This document shows positions 1 to 13,579 of a stretch of DNA of 34,084 bases, one piece after another. This DNA comes from Novakomyces olei. Its lineage: Eukaryota. The stretch covers positions 62,001 to 96,084 of the forward strand of contig JADEYG010000006.1 in NCBI GenBank assembly GCA_016906335.1, read 5' to 3'. Below the pieces are notes generated by a model, which saw only the letters and a list, made by a program, of their open reading frames with translations, was not told the DNA's origin and did not search any database. The position numbers and the translations under genes are program-made. How positions within the stretch are numbered: position 1 is the first letter of the stretch; each line of letters begins with the position of its first letter.

Positions 1-1565
1 AAATATCAAATTATAAATAAATAAATATAAATATAAATATCAAATTATAAATAAATATATATATATATATTAATAAATATCTATTTAATATTTAATAAGT
101 AAATATTATATAAATAAATCTATAATTATATTTAATAAATTAAGATGTAAAATATTAAAAATTAATATAAAAAATGTAATGTTTTTAATTATTATTAAAT
201 ACGATAATTAAACTTTGTATGTAATATCAAAGTTTAATAATATATATATATATATTTATCAAATACTTATTATTTAATATAAATATATATAGTATATTTA
301 TTTATCAAATGCTTATTATTTAATATAAATATATATAATATATTTATCAAATGCTTATTATTTAATATAAATATATGTTTATTTAAACACCTATCATTAT
401 CTATAACTTATTATATATTTATAATTAATAATATACTTATTAATATATAGTTAGTATAAATATAATATATTAATTTAGTTAAATATTAAATAAATAACTA
501 ATATTATAAATGTTAACTGTTAAGTTGGAGCAAAAAAATTAAATATTATTTTTTATTTAAAGTAAATATAAATATACTTAAATATAAATATATTTAGACA
601 TAAATATACTTAAATATAAATATATAAAATATAATATTTAATATATCTAATATTTAGTATATAATTTAATATTTTATATATATAATTTAATTTCTTGTAA
701 ATATAATTTAGTATGTATAATAAATATATTATAATTTATAGCTATAAGTATATATTATTAAATATATTATATTAATAATAAATAGAATATATATATATTA
801 TATTATAATATAAATATTTATATGTTTATTAACTTTCTATTACATAGAAAGTTAACTAATTTAATATAAATTAATTAAAAACTTTGATTAATTTATTTAT
901 TAATCATTTGAAATATTATTAAACATTATATTATAATATATTTCAAACTTTTATATATATTTTAGATATTAAATATATTATATATACATATTATATTAGA
1001 TAGTAGATAGTAGATATTATATAGTAGATATCATATAGTAGATATTAAAGATAGTAGATATTATATTTTATATATTTATATTTTTGCACCGGAACCTGTA
1101 CCAACTTAAAATATTTAAAATATTTAAAATATTTAAAATATTTAAAATATTAAGCTTGTCGATTTAATATCATTAAATTTTATTAATTTATTAATTTACT
1201 TATCTTTACTATTATTATAATATATTTAATAATATTTATTTAATAAATACTTATAAATGTTATAAAAGATTTATTTAATATTATATTTTATTTATAAGAG
1301 ATTTATTTTATTATATTTTATTTAATAGATTAATAATATTGTATCTTTATTTACTTATTTATTCATTATTATTATAATAATTATTATAATTTTATATATA
1401 TATATATATTAAATATCTAATAAGATATTAAATAAATATTAATATGAATTGTTTTATAATATAAATAATTATTTAGTGAATATTAAATATACTTTATATT
1501 AATATTAATATTAACTTTCTATTACATAGAAAGTTAACTAATTTAATATATATTAATTAAAAACA

Positions 1566-1643
1566 TTTACTATTTACTATTTACTATTTACTATTTACTA
1601 TTTACTATTTACTATTTACTATTTACTATTTACTATTTACTTT
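1566..1643. repeat. (TTTACTA)n tandem repeat, ~11 units
   Basis: Seen directly. Confidence 0.9.
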
Positions 1644-1828
1644 AAAGTATATTTAATATTAATATAATTTAATATTATATTTTATAAACTTTTATATAAC
1701 TTTTAAAGTTGATATTATATTCTTTATATATAACTAATATTATATATATATATATTATTAAGTATGATATAATACATATATTATCAAGTATAATATAATT
1801 TATATATTATTAAGTATAATATATAAAA

Positions 1829-1902
1829 GGGTTGATCGAATAATAGGTTAATTCATAGATCTTTTAAATCTATAAATATAAGTTCAAATCTTATTCAACC
1901 TA
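1829..1902 (+). tRNA. trnK: tRNA-Lys (UUU)
   Basis: Acceptor GGGTTGA/TCAACCT, anticodon arm TAGAT-CTTTTAA-ATCTA, T arm ATAAG-TTCAAAT-CTTAT. Confidence 0.93.
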
Positions 1903-2517
1903 GTTAATTAATTATTTATATATAATATAATATAATAAAATATAAAGTAAATGTTTTAAATTATTGTATATAAAATAAAATATAAAGTAAATGTTTTAAA
2001 TTATTGCACCTATCGGTAAGTAAACTTTCTATAAAATAGAAAGTTTATTAAATATATATATATTATATATAAACAATAAAATACTATTAAATATTATATA
2101 ATATTATATAACATTTATATATATAATAAATAATTTGATATACTGTTTATATATTAATATAATATATAGAATAGATAAAATATTTGATAATATTTATTAA
2201 TATTAGATATTATTTAATAAAATAATTTGATATTAATATATAAAATAATTAATAAAAGAGTATTATAGAATATAATAATATTTAATTTTATAAAAAATAA
2301 ATGTTATATAATATTAATAGATTTAATAAAAGTTTTAAATTAATTTATATAAATAAAAATAAATATAATATTAGTTTATTTTTATAAAATAAGTTAATAA
2401 GTTTATATAATAATATATAATATAGATTAAAATAAGTGAGATATATTAATTAAGATATAAGATTAAAAATTGTATATATAAATATTAAAAATATTTAATA
2501 ATATTATTAATAATTTA

Positions 2518-3303
2518 ATGTTAAATAATATATGTATTTATATATTAAACAATATATTATTAATAAATAAGATACAATTAGATGTACCTGAAGCTTGAGC
2601 TAAATATTTCCAAGATAGTTGTAGTCCTAGTTCTGAAGGTATAGTAGAATTACATAATAATGTAATGTTTTATTTAGTTGGTATAATAGTATTTGTATTT
2701 TATATGTTAATAACTATAATGATAACATATCAATATAAATATACTAATAATATAGTATATAAATATTTAAATCATGGAACTTTATTAGAATTAGTTTGAA
2801 CAATAACACCAGGTATTATATTAATATTAATAGCATTTCCATCATTTAAATTATTATATTTAATGGATGAAATAATATCACCAAGTATGACTATTAAAGC
2901 TATTGGTAATCAATGGTTTTGGTCTTATGAATATAGTGATTTCTTAGATTTAGATAATCAACCAATACAATTCGATTCTTATACTAAACCAGAATCAGAT
3001 TTAGAATTAGGTGAATTAAGATTATTAGATGTTGATCAATCATTAATTGTACCATATGATACTAATATTAGATTAATAGTTACTGCTAATGATGTTATAC
3101 ATAATTTCGCTTTACCTAGTGCTGGTATTAAATTAGATGGTTATCCTGGTAGATTAAATCAAACATCTTTATTAATTGAAAGACCTGGTATCTTTTATGG
3201 ACAATGTAGTGAATTATGTGGTGTAGGTCATAGTAATATGTCTATTGTTGTTGAAGCTGTTTCTATAGATAAATTCTTATCTTTCTTAGATAATCAATTA
3301 TAA
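2518..3303 (+). CDS. cox2: cytochrome c oxidase subunit 2 (261 aa, no intron)
   Basis: With TGA=Trp the ORF-track frame extends upstream to ATG 2518 (MLNNICIY...LDVPEAWAKYFQDS...NHGTLLELVWTITP). It contains QWFWSYEY, DVIH and the CuA motif CSELCGVGHSNM. Confidence 0.97.
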
Positions 3304-3786
3304 TTATATTATACTTAAATAAAATATAATATATATAATAAGATTATAATATAATTATTATAATTTATTAAGTTATTTTATATAATATTAATAATGATAA
3401 TAATAATTAATAAAAGTTTATTTTATAACAATTTATAAATAATAATATTTATATTAAGTTATTAAATAATAATATTTATATTAAGTTATTTAATATAATT
3501 GAAGTTCTAGTGCAAAAATTTTAGATTTAATATTTTAATATTTATATATTATTATATTATTTATCTTTTGTTTTAGATAAAAATATTATAATTATAATTA
3601 TAATTATATCAAATTAATTAAATATATAATATTTAATCTAATCTATAATCTATAATCTATCCTAGGAATTAATTAAAATTAAAGTATTTAATAAAAGTTT
3701 AATATTTATAATTAATATATATAAATAAATATATAATAATATAAATAAACTTTATTTCTTTTTTACACAATATATGTATATATAAA

Positions 3787-4179
3787 ATGAAATTATTAAA
3801 AAGACATGTATTATTGAGTTTATTAAACTCTTATATAATAGATTCACCTCAACCTTCGTCAATAAGTTATATGTGGAATTTTGGTTCATTATTAGCTTTA
3901 TGTTTAGGTATACAAATAGTAACAGGTGTATTATTAGCTATGCACTATGCACCAAATATTGATTTAGCATTTACCTCTGTAGAACATATTATGAGGGATG
4001 TGTCCGGTGGATGGTTAATAAGATATTTACATGCTAATACAGCATCATTCTTCTTCTTATTTGTTTATTGTCATATGGGTAGAGGTATTTATTATGGTAG
4101 TTATAGAAAACCTAGAATATTATTATGGATTATTGGTGTAATAATTTTCTTAGTTATGATAATTACAGCATTCTTGGGT
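3787..4179 (+). CDS. cob: apocytochrome b exon 1 (codons 1-131)
   Basis: WNFGSLL, HIMRDV, heme ligands YLHAN and CHMGRG; ends ...TAFLG (GGT) at the cob393 group I insertion site. Confidence 0.97.
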
Positions 4180-4276
4180 TAATATTTAATATTTAATATT
4201 TAATATTTAATATTAATTGGCCCAAAATTATATAATAAAAGTTTGTAAAAATAATAAAAGTTTTAGATATAAATAA

Positions 4277-5158
4277 ATGACAAAAAACAATTTAATATTA
4301 TGAGAAAATAATATAATATATGATAATTTAAATTTATTAAAAGTTAGAGAATTAATAAAAAATAGTACAAAAGATATGATAGGTATATATGTTATATATA
4401 ATAAAATAACTGGTCATATTTATATAGGTTCAAGTTATAAAAATATAAGCATAAGATTTTTTAGACATATGATATATTTAACTGGTTCAAAGAAAGTAAA
4501 AAAATCAATAATAAATTATGGATTAGAAAATTTTCAATTTTTAATTATAAATTATGAATATATACATGATAATAATAATAATAATAATAATATAAATGAT
4601 TTATCATTATCAGATATAAATATGAAAAAGAAAGCTTTAAGAGATTTAGAAGAATTATTAATATTAAGATATAAACCAGAGTATAATACAATAATATGAA
4701 GTAAAAAATCAGATAAAAAGATTTTAAATTATAATGAAGATGTATTAAAAAAAATGATAAATAATTATTCTTTAGAAACAAAATTAAAAATAAAAAATGA
4801 AAATTTAAATAAAAGTTTTAATTTTAATTTTAATTTTAATCAAATTCATAGAGAAAATTTAAGTATATCTGCAAAATTAATACATAAAAATAATCCATTT
4901 AGTGAATCAATAATAAGTAAATGTATTAGTAATACAAAACCTATAAAATTATATATATGTAAAAATAAAAATGAAATATTAAAAGATAAATATTATATTT
5001 ATAATTCTATAAAAGAATTAACTATTGATTTAAATTGTTCATATAAAACTATAAATAGAGCATTAAAATATAATAAAGGATTTTTAAAAAAAGAATATTA
5101 TAGTATGTCTGCTAATATTAAATCTTATTTTTATATTGTTGTTGATAATATTAATTAA
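4277..5158 (+). CDS. free-standing intron-encoded GIY-YIG homing endonuclease (293 aa)
   Basis: With TGA=Trp, ORFs 4376-4699 and 4754-5158 join and extend to ATG 4277. Motif GIYVIYNKITGHIYIGSS, conserved R and E...YN, and a C-terminal NUMOD1-like helix-turn-helix (YNSIKELTIDLNCSYKTINRAL). Not in frame with exon 1. Confidence 0.9.
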
Positions 5159-6148
5159 ATTTCATAAATAATATTAAAATTAAATTAATATAAAAATTTA
5201 ATAAATATTTTATCTTTTTATAAACTTTTATATTATCTTATATTAAAAACTTTGCTTTTATATTATCTTATATTAAAAACTTTGATATTTATATTTATAT
5301 TTATATTTATATTTATATTTATATTTATATTTATATTACAAACTTTTATCTATCTTATCTTTATCTTATTTTTATCTTTATTTTTATCTTTATCTTATCT
5401 TAAATATTTGTTATAATTATTATATAATAGTCCCACTCACATATATAATAAGATTATATAATAATAAAAATATATATATATATATAAATATATTAACTAT
5501 TAAATAAAAATAATTAAAATAATAAAAAATAGTTATGTATAAATATTAATATAATATAAGGGGCGACACTAGTGAAAACGATCAACAAATTAGTTATAAA
5601 ATTTTAGAACGTCGGTGATATAATATTAATAAATTAATATATATGAATATTAATAAATTAATATATATGAATATTATAAAATATTATTAAATATTATTAA
5701 ATATTATTAAATATTATAAAATATTATATAATCGCTACAGACTGGATAACACACTAGTGGGTATTATAAATTAATCAAAGTTTTTAAAATAAAATAAAAT
5801 ATTGTATTTATATTTACATTTATATTTATATTTATATTTATATTTATAATAAAAGTTTTTAGATATATTTTATAATGCTTAATGTACAGTCGATATTTTT
5901 CATAAGTATTTAATAATTACTTGTGTAATGTAATTCATTTATAAATAAAAATATAAGAAAATAAACTAAAAGTTTTAATTTTAATTTAAAATATATTGTT
6001 TAATATTAATTTTAATATTAATTTAAAATTTTATCTTATGTAAGAATATATTTTAATATATTTTAATATATTAAATATATTTTAGTTATATTAATATAAA
6101 TATATATATATAATATAATGTTTTATATAAATGAATTACATTGTTTAC

Positions 6149-6237
6149 TATATAATTATAACAAATAATAAGAATTAGTATATAATTATAACAAATAATA
6201 AGAATTAGTATATAATTATAACAAATAATAAGAATTA
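6149..6237. repeat. 30-bp tandem repeat x3 (TATATAATTATAACAAATAATAAGAATTAG) near the 3' end of cob intron 1
   Basis: Seen directly. Confidence 0.88.
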
Positions 6238-6315
6238 CTATAAAAGTTTGTAAAATAAAATAAAAGTTTGTAAAATATATTAAAAATATTAAGATATATA
6301 GTAAATAAAAATATG

Positions 6316-6351
6316 TATGTATTACCATATGGTCAAATGAGTTTATGGGGT
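6316..6351 (+). CDS. cob: apocytochrome b exon 2 (36 nt, YVLPYGQMSLWG, codons 132-143)
   Basis: Conserved cytochrome b residues between the intron-terminal G (6315) and GGT (Gly143). Confidence 0.95.
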
Positions 6352-7287
6352 AAATTAAAAAGTACCATTACCATTGCCCCAAATGTGTTAAATATTTATT
6401 ATTTATTATATTTATATAATATAACTCTTTTTTATATATGTTATACTTATAATTCATTTACAGATTTACTTAATAATAATTTTATATATTCCTTTTTTAT
6501 ATTGTCAAGGAGATCTGTATCATTATCATTATCATTAAGTAGATCAATATCAACATCAACATCACTCAGAATAGGAAGTAATTTTAATTTAAATTTAAAT
6601 AAACATGATGTGAATAATAAAATAAGTTGTATAAATAAAGATTTATTAGAGTTTATAACAGGTTCCTTATTAGGTGATGGTTATTGTGAGAGAATATTAA
6701 GTAATAATAAGAATAATAGTATAGATAAAAGAGGATCAAGAATTTGTTTTTATCAAGAAGGAAGTCATAAAGAATATTTATTGTATTTACATAATTTTAT
6801 ATCTAGTAGAGGTTATTGTAATCCAAAATTACCAAAGTTAACAAGTAGAATAACTAAAGGTAACAAGTATAGATATGTAATAAGATTTCAAACATATACT
6901 TATACTTATTTCAATACTATACATGATGATTGGTATATAAATAATATAAAAGTAATACCAAAGAATATATATTTTTATAATAGTTTTACACCTTTAGCAA
7001 TAGCAATATGGATAATGGATGATGGATATAAATCATCCAAAGGTTTGAAATTATTAACAAATAGTTTTAGTAAAGATGATGTATTATATTTATCATATAT
7101 ATTAAAAGAAAAGTATTTGATAGATTCTAGAATTCATTATGTAGGTAATGGTAATGGTAATGGTATTAACGATCAATATTGTTTATACATATTAAATAAT
7201 TCAATGACTACTTTATGAGAGTTAACAAAACCTTATATTATACCTTCGATGAAATATAAGTTTGGTGATTATATAAATATAAAATAA
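6352..7287 (+). CDS. exon-fused LAGLIDADG endonuclease/maturase (I-SceI-like, LAGLIDADG_2 type)
   Basis: In frame with cob exon 2; motifs FITGSLLGDG and AIWIMDDG. TGA 7216-7218 reads as Trp, giving the typical PYIIPSMKYK tail and stop TAA at 7285-7287. Confidence 0.9.
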
Positions 7288-7917
7288 TATATATTATAAA
7301 CATATAGTCTAACATAGAGTTTAGTTTATATACATAATATATATAATATAAAATAAAAATTAAATTTATTGATTTTATACTACTAATTAAGTTATAAGTT
7401 TAACAATGTATAAATATATATATATAATATAAACAATGCTAAGTTTAAGAGATAATATATAAATAGAATCTTAAATTAACAATGTTAGGCAACATAATTG
7501 AAAACAGGTCAAATATATTAAGTTATTATATAGAGACCGTAGGTATTTTATAGTATCTCTACAGAATAGTACAATTATGGGTGTCTGAAATGATGCTTAA
7601 TGTTTATTCGGAATCTATTATATTATATATAATTATATAATATATCTAGGGCTATAATCATAGTAATAATTTAAGTAATTATGTCTAATTAATAAAATAG
7701 TAACAGTTAAATTAAATTGAAAATAATATTAATTATTAAAAATAATAAACTATAATTTAATTAAATATAAAGGTTATTAAATATAAAGTTTATTAAATAA
7801 AATAAAATAAAAGATATTAATTAATTATAGTACAGGATATACTTTAAAATAACATAATATGTATGTATATATAAGTTTAATATATATAATATATATTTGA
7901 AGTATATTATAGATTTG
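6352..7917 (+). mobile_element. group I intron (subgroup ID) at cob position 429
   Basis: P1 TGGGGT/GCCCCA. Core GGCAACATAATTGAAAACAGGTC (~7488), CTACAGAATAG (~7559), AATGTTTATTCGG (~7599). Terminal G at 7917 precedes GCA ACA GTA. Confidence 0.9.
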
Positions 7918-8652
7918 GCAACAGTAATAACAAATTTAATGAGTGCAATACCATATTTAGGAAATGATATAGTACAATTATTATGAGGAGCATTTAGTGT
8001 AGGAAATCCAACATTAAATAGATTTTTTAGTTTACATTATTTATTACCATTTATATTAGCAGCATTAGTATTAGGACATATGATAGCATTACATGAACAT
8101 GGATCAAGTAATCCATTAGGTATAACAGGTAATATAGATAGAATACCAATGTCACCTTATTTCTTATTTAAAGATTTAGTAACAATATTTGCTTTCTTTA
8201 TTGTTTTATTAACATTTGTATTTTATTATCCTAATAATTTAGGTCATTCAGATAATTATATACCTGCTAATCCTTTAGTTACTCCTATGTCTATTGTACC
8301 AGAATGGTATTTATTACCATTTTATGCTATATTAAGAAGTATACCTGATAAATTATTAGGTGTTATAGCTATGATATCTGCTATATTAATTTTATGTATT
8401 TTACCTATTGTTGATACATCTAGAATTAGAGGTAACCAATTTAGACCTTTAGGTAAAATATTATATTGGTTATTTATAGCAAATTTCTTAATATTAATGT
8501 TTATTGGTAGTCAACATGTTGAATATCCTTTTATTGAAATTGGACAATTTGCTACAGTTTTCTATTTTGCTTACTTCTTATTCTTTGTACCTATATTAGG
8601 TTTAATAGAAAATACTATCATTGATATTACTTTAAATAAATATAATAAATAA
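7918..8652 (+). CDS. cob: apocytochrome b exon 3 (codons 144-387)
   Basis: [13 protein letters not shown]...[13 protein letters not shown]...HEHGSSNP...[16 protein letters not shown]. Spliced CDS is 1164 nt. Confidence 0.97.
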
Positions 8653-8961
8653 TATATATTAACATATATATATATATTAACATATATATATATCTTTATT
8701 TTAATTTATATTTATTTAAAAAACTTTGATTAAATTTAATTTAATTTAATTTAATTTAATTAATAAAATATTATATATATATTAATTTCTATTATATATC
8801 TATTATTATACTTATTTAAATTAATTTATAAATAATAATAATAGTATTAAATATATTTTTATATATATATTTAATAAGCCAAACATTTATCATAATTATT
8901 AAATAAATAGAATAGTTAAAAGTATTATTAATTATTATATATAAAATATTATATATAAAAA

Positions 8962-9045
8962 GGATAAATAGTCAATAGGTAAGACAAAACATTTGCTATA
9001 TGTTAATGATCAAACATTTTATGGGTTCAATTCCCATTTTATCCG
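8962..9045 (+). tRNA. trnS: tRNA-Ser (GCU)
   Basis: GGATAAA/TTTATCC acceptor, AACAT-TTGCTAT-ATGTT anticodon arm, long variable arm, G73. Confidence 0.92.
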
Positions 9046-12000
9046 TATCTATAATATACATATTAATAAAAGTTTGTAAAATTATTTAACATTATTATTT
9101 ATAAATTATATATATTTAATGATAATAATATATATATAATTAATTATAAATTAAATTATATTTTATAATATTTTATAATATTTTATAATATTTAATAATA
9201 TTTTATAATATTTTATAATATTTTATAATATTTAATAATATTTTATAATATTTAATAATATTTAATATTTTTGCACCGGAACCTGAACCTGAACCTGAAC
9301 CTGCACCAAACTTATATTTCTAAATAAAATAATAAAAATAATATTGAAACTTTTAATAAACTTTTAAATATATATAATATTATATAATAATATACATAAT
9401 ATTATATAATAATATACATAGTTTTATATAATAATATAAATAATAATATGAATAATAATTATATATATATTATATTATTATTTATAAATAATAATTATAT
9501 ATATATTATATTATTATTTATAGAGAATGAGAATAGATATTTTAAATTTAAATTTAATTTTTATTTTAATAAAATGTATTGCTTTTAATTATAAATAATA
9601 TAAAATACATATATTTTATAAAATACATATCATATATATTGTCAATTTATATGTATATTGATGATATGTGATAAATATTTATTATAAGTAGACATACATT
9701 TATTATAAATAGACATGATATACATTTATATAATATTAAATATATTATATAAAAATACATACCTATATTTTATATCTATATCTATACCTATCTTATATCA
9801 ATATCTATCTTATATTTATACTTATCTTATATCTATATCTATATTTTATATCTATATCTTATATCTATATCTATCTTATATCTATTAGCCAATAAATATA
9901 TAATATTATTATACAAACTTTTATATATAATATATAATATATAATATATATTATATAATATAAGATATTTGTTGATTGATATTAAACATTAAATATTAAA
10001 TATTATATTATAAATATTATATTATAAATATATTATTATTATAATGTTTAAGAATATATAAATTAAATTATTATATATATTAATCATTTTGATAATTATA
10101 AAAATATTTAGTTAATTATAATTAATATAAATACATATCATACATTAGATCAATTTATATGTATATTGATGATATGTATTAAATTAATAATTTATATCTA
10201 ATAAATAATTTATATTTAATAAATAATTATATTTAATTTAATTATTAAATTATACACAATTAATAATATATAATAAATAATTTTAATATTTTTATATCTT
10301 ATTATAAATACTAAATATATTTTATATTTTATATTTTATAAGAAATGCATTTTATATTTTATATTTTATATTTTATATTTTATATTTTATCATAAATGTA
10401 TTTTATATTATATATCTTATCTTATTATAACTTATTATATTTAATTATATTAAATTATATCTAATTATATATTTGTGATAATAAATTAAGTATTATATGT
10501 ATATATTTATGTATATATAAATTATAATAATTATTATAATATAAATATAAAAAATATAAAATATATATCATACATTTGATATAATTTGATATATATATAT
10601 AATCTATAGAGTATAACAATCTGTAAAAATATTTGTTTTTTTACTAATATAATATTATTAATTAATATTAGTAAAATATAATTAAATAAAAATTTAATTA
10701 TAAAATGTTTTATAAAGGAATAATTAATTAAAGTATGCGAATTTATATAGAATATAGGTGTATAATATTTCAAAATATTTTATATATTAAAATTATAATA
10801 AATTAATTTATTATAAATAATTAATAAGATAAAAATATAACCTAAATGTGAAAACATATAAATAAACTTATTGAATTGAAATATCTTAGTAAATAAAGGA
10901 AAATAAATCAAAATATAAGAGATTATAATAGTAGTTAAGAACGAAATTATAATAGCCATTATAATATATATTTTATATATATTATAAATTAATTAAATTT
11001 GCTAATAATTAGTGGATTGAATAAAAGGTGAACTATCATCAAAGGCTAAATACTATATAAATATCGATAGTGAAAAGTACTGTGAAGGAAAATACTAAAA
11101 AAGTTATTCTATAAGCATATAAAGATTATAATAAAATTATAATTGATATAGTAACTTTTGTATAAGCGGTCAATAAATCTTATATTTATGCAAGATAAAA
11201 TAATAAATAATCAATATAATAATATATATATAAGTATAAATATAAGAACGCGAAACCTAATGATCTTAATTAATATAAGAGTTAAGTCTGAACCGGTGAT
11301 TGTGGCAATAATCTCGGATAATATTAGTTAAGTAGTGAAATGTTAAACGTATTAGGTTATAGCTCGTTTACAGCGAAATATATCTAAGTATAGTAATAAT
11401 ATTTATAATTAATAATGATAATGCTATTTATTATATTAGGCTTTAATATAAAAATTACTATTATAATATAATCAATGAATTATAATTAATTTAATTTATT
11501 ATTAATCAGGTTATTAGTGATAAGGTTATAATCAAATTGGAAACAACCAAACACATATAATAAGGTCCTTAAAATATTATTAAGTGTTTTTAAAGAATAA
11601 TTATAGTTTATACAATTTAAATATTAGCTTGGAAACAGCTATTATATAATGAACACGTAATAGTGTATAAATCCATTTATCTTATATATATATATTATTA
11701 TATATATATAATTAATATTATAATTAACTGAAAATTTATCGGGACTAAAATAATATACCGAATTTATGTATATTATTTTAAATATAAATAAAACTATTTA
11801 ATTTAATTAATTTAGTTTAAATAATAATATATTTATTATAATATGGTAGCTGTATATACAATATATGTATGATGTATAATAATTATAATATTATATTGAC
11901 ATATTTGTAGAAAGAATTTTGACATGAGTATTGCATAAAAGATTAATATATATAATATATATATAATTATTATAAATAAAAAAAAATAAATAATAATTAT

Positions 12001-12549
12001 AAAATAATCTTCACCTAAACTCTAAAGATTTAATAAGAAATGTTAAAATCATTTAAAGATAACAATAAACGGTATCTAAGTATAATATCGATAGATATAT
12101 ACGATGATAAAATATTTTATTTATAAAATTATATAAAATAAATATATAATCAGGAAAAATTAAATAAATATAAACCGTACTTTAAACCGACACAGGTAGA
12201 GTAAAAAGCATAAAAGTGCAACGGTGTTCAGATAACTATTATAAAGGAACTCGGCAAATTAAGGACGTAACTTCGGGAAAAGTTCTGATTATTATAATAA
12301 TATATTATATTATATTTTATTTTATTCTATTATTATAATGGTTTCAATAAAGCTTGTTTATACAACTGTTTATAAAAACATAGCACTTTGCAAAAAAGTT
12401 AATTTTTAGTATAAAGTGTGATACCTGCTCAATGCTATTAAATAATAAATATATTATATAAATTTATATCTATTTATTTATATATAATATTTATGTAATA
12501 TATATTAAACAATAGTAAATGGCAGTCTTAACTATAAGGATTCTAAGGT

Positions 12550-13579
12550 AAATTAGATTATCGTTGCCTTAATTATAAATTCCACTATATGCTAAGAAAA
12601 TCTTATAAATATATATATACAATAAATTTATTTTATTATTATATTAAATATAATATATTATTAAATATAATATATTAACTTAAACTATTATATTTTACAA
12701 TAAATATATTATTAAATATTAAATATATTATTATATATTATTAAGTATATAATACTAAAAGTATATAATTAAATGTTTAATATAAATATTATATAATAAT
12801 TATAGTTATTAATAATATATTTAATATGTATAATAATTTATGATAATAATCATAATCATAATAATAATAATAAATTATATAATAATATAATAATATAAAT
12901 AAAATAATAACAAATATTATAAATGTTAACTGTATATTAGGTGCAAAAAATTTTAAATTTTTTTAATAAGATATTTGTTATATTTATAATATTAATATTA
13001 TTAATTATTATTAAATATTTAATTTAATTAATATCAAATAATATATAATATATTTATTTAATATAAATAATATAATAAATTTAATATTTATAAATCAATT
13101 AGCAGGAAACTTATAATAATATAATAAAGATATAATATATATTTAATAATAATATTTTATTAATATATATATGTATATAAGTTATATTATATATAAGGAT
13201 CCTCAGAGACTATACGTGGATAATATAATATATATATAAATTAAATAAATGTTTTTATATTATAAATAAAATAATAAAGTAAAGATTATAGATATATTAT
13301 ATTATATTAAGAAATAGTCCAAAATATTTAAAATAATTATTTATTTGATATTTTATTTATAAATAAGTTATTAAATTTCTAGTGCAAAAATTTTAGTTTT
13401 AATTTTAATTTTAATTTTAATTTTAATTTTAATTTTAATTTTAATTTTAATTTTAATTTTAATTTTAATTTTAATTTTAATTTAAAATCTAATTTAATTT
13501 AATCTAATTTTTTTTGCATGGTAATAGCATTTAAATAAATGAAATAATTAAACCAAAAATAATTTAAATATTTCACTAG
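12550..13579 (+). mobile_element. ORF-less group I intron (IB-like) in rnl at ~L1931
   Basis: Interrupts CTAAGGT|AGCGAAAT. Core TCCACTATATGCTAAGAAAA, AATCAATTAGCAGGAAAC, CCTCAGAGACTATACGTGGA, AAGAAATAGTCC; ends in G. Confidence 0.88.
13397..13485. repeat. (TTTTAA)n microsatellite, ~14 units, inside rnl intron L1931
   Basis: Seen directly. Confidence 0.9.

Larger units (their letters stand above)
4180..6315 (+). mobile_element. group I intron (subgroup ID) at cob position 393
   Basis: Exon ends in U and intron ends in G (6315). P1 TTGGGT/GCCCAA. ID-type core: GTCCCACT (~5430), GGGCGACACTAGTGAAAACG (5561), CGCTACAGACTGG (5733), AATGTACAGTCG (5881). Confidence 0.9.
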
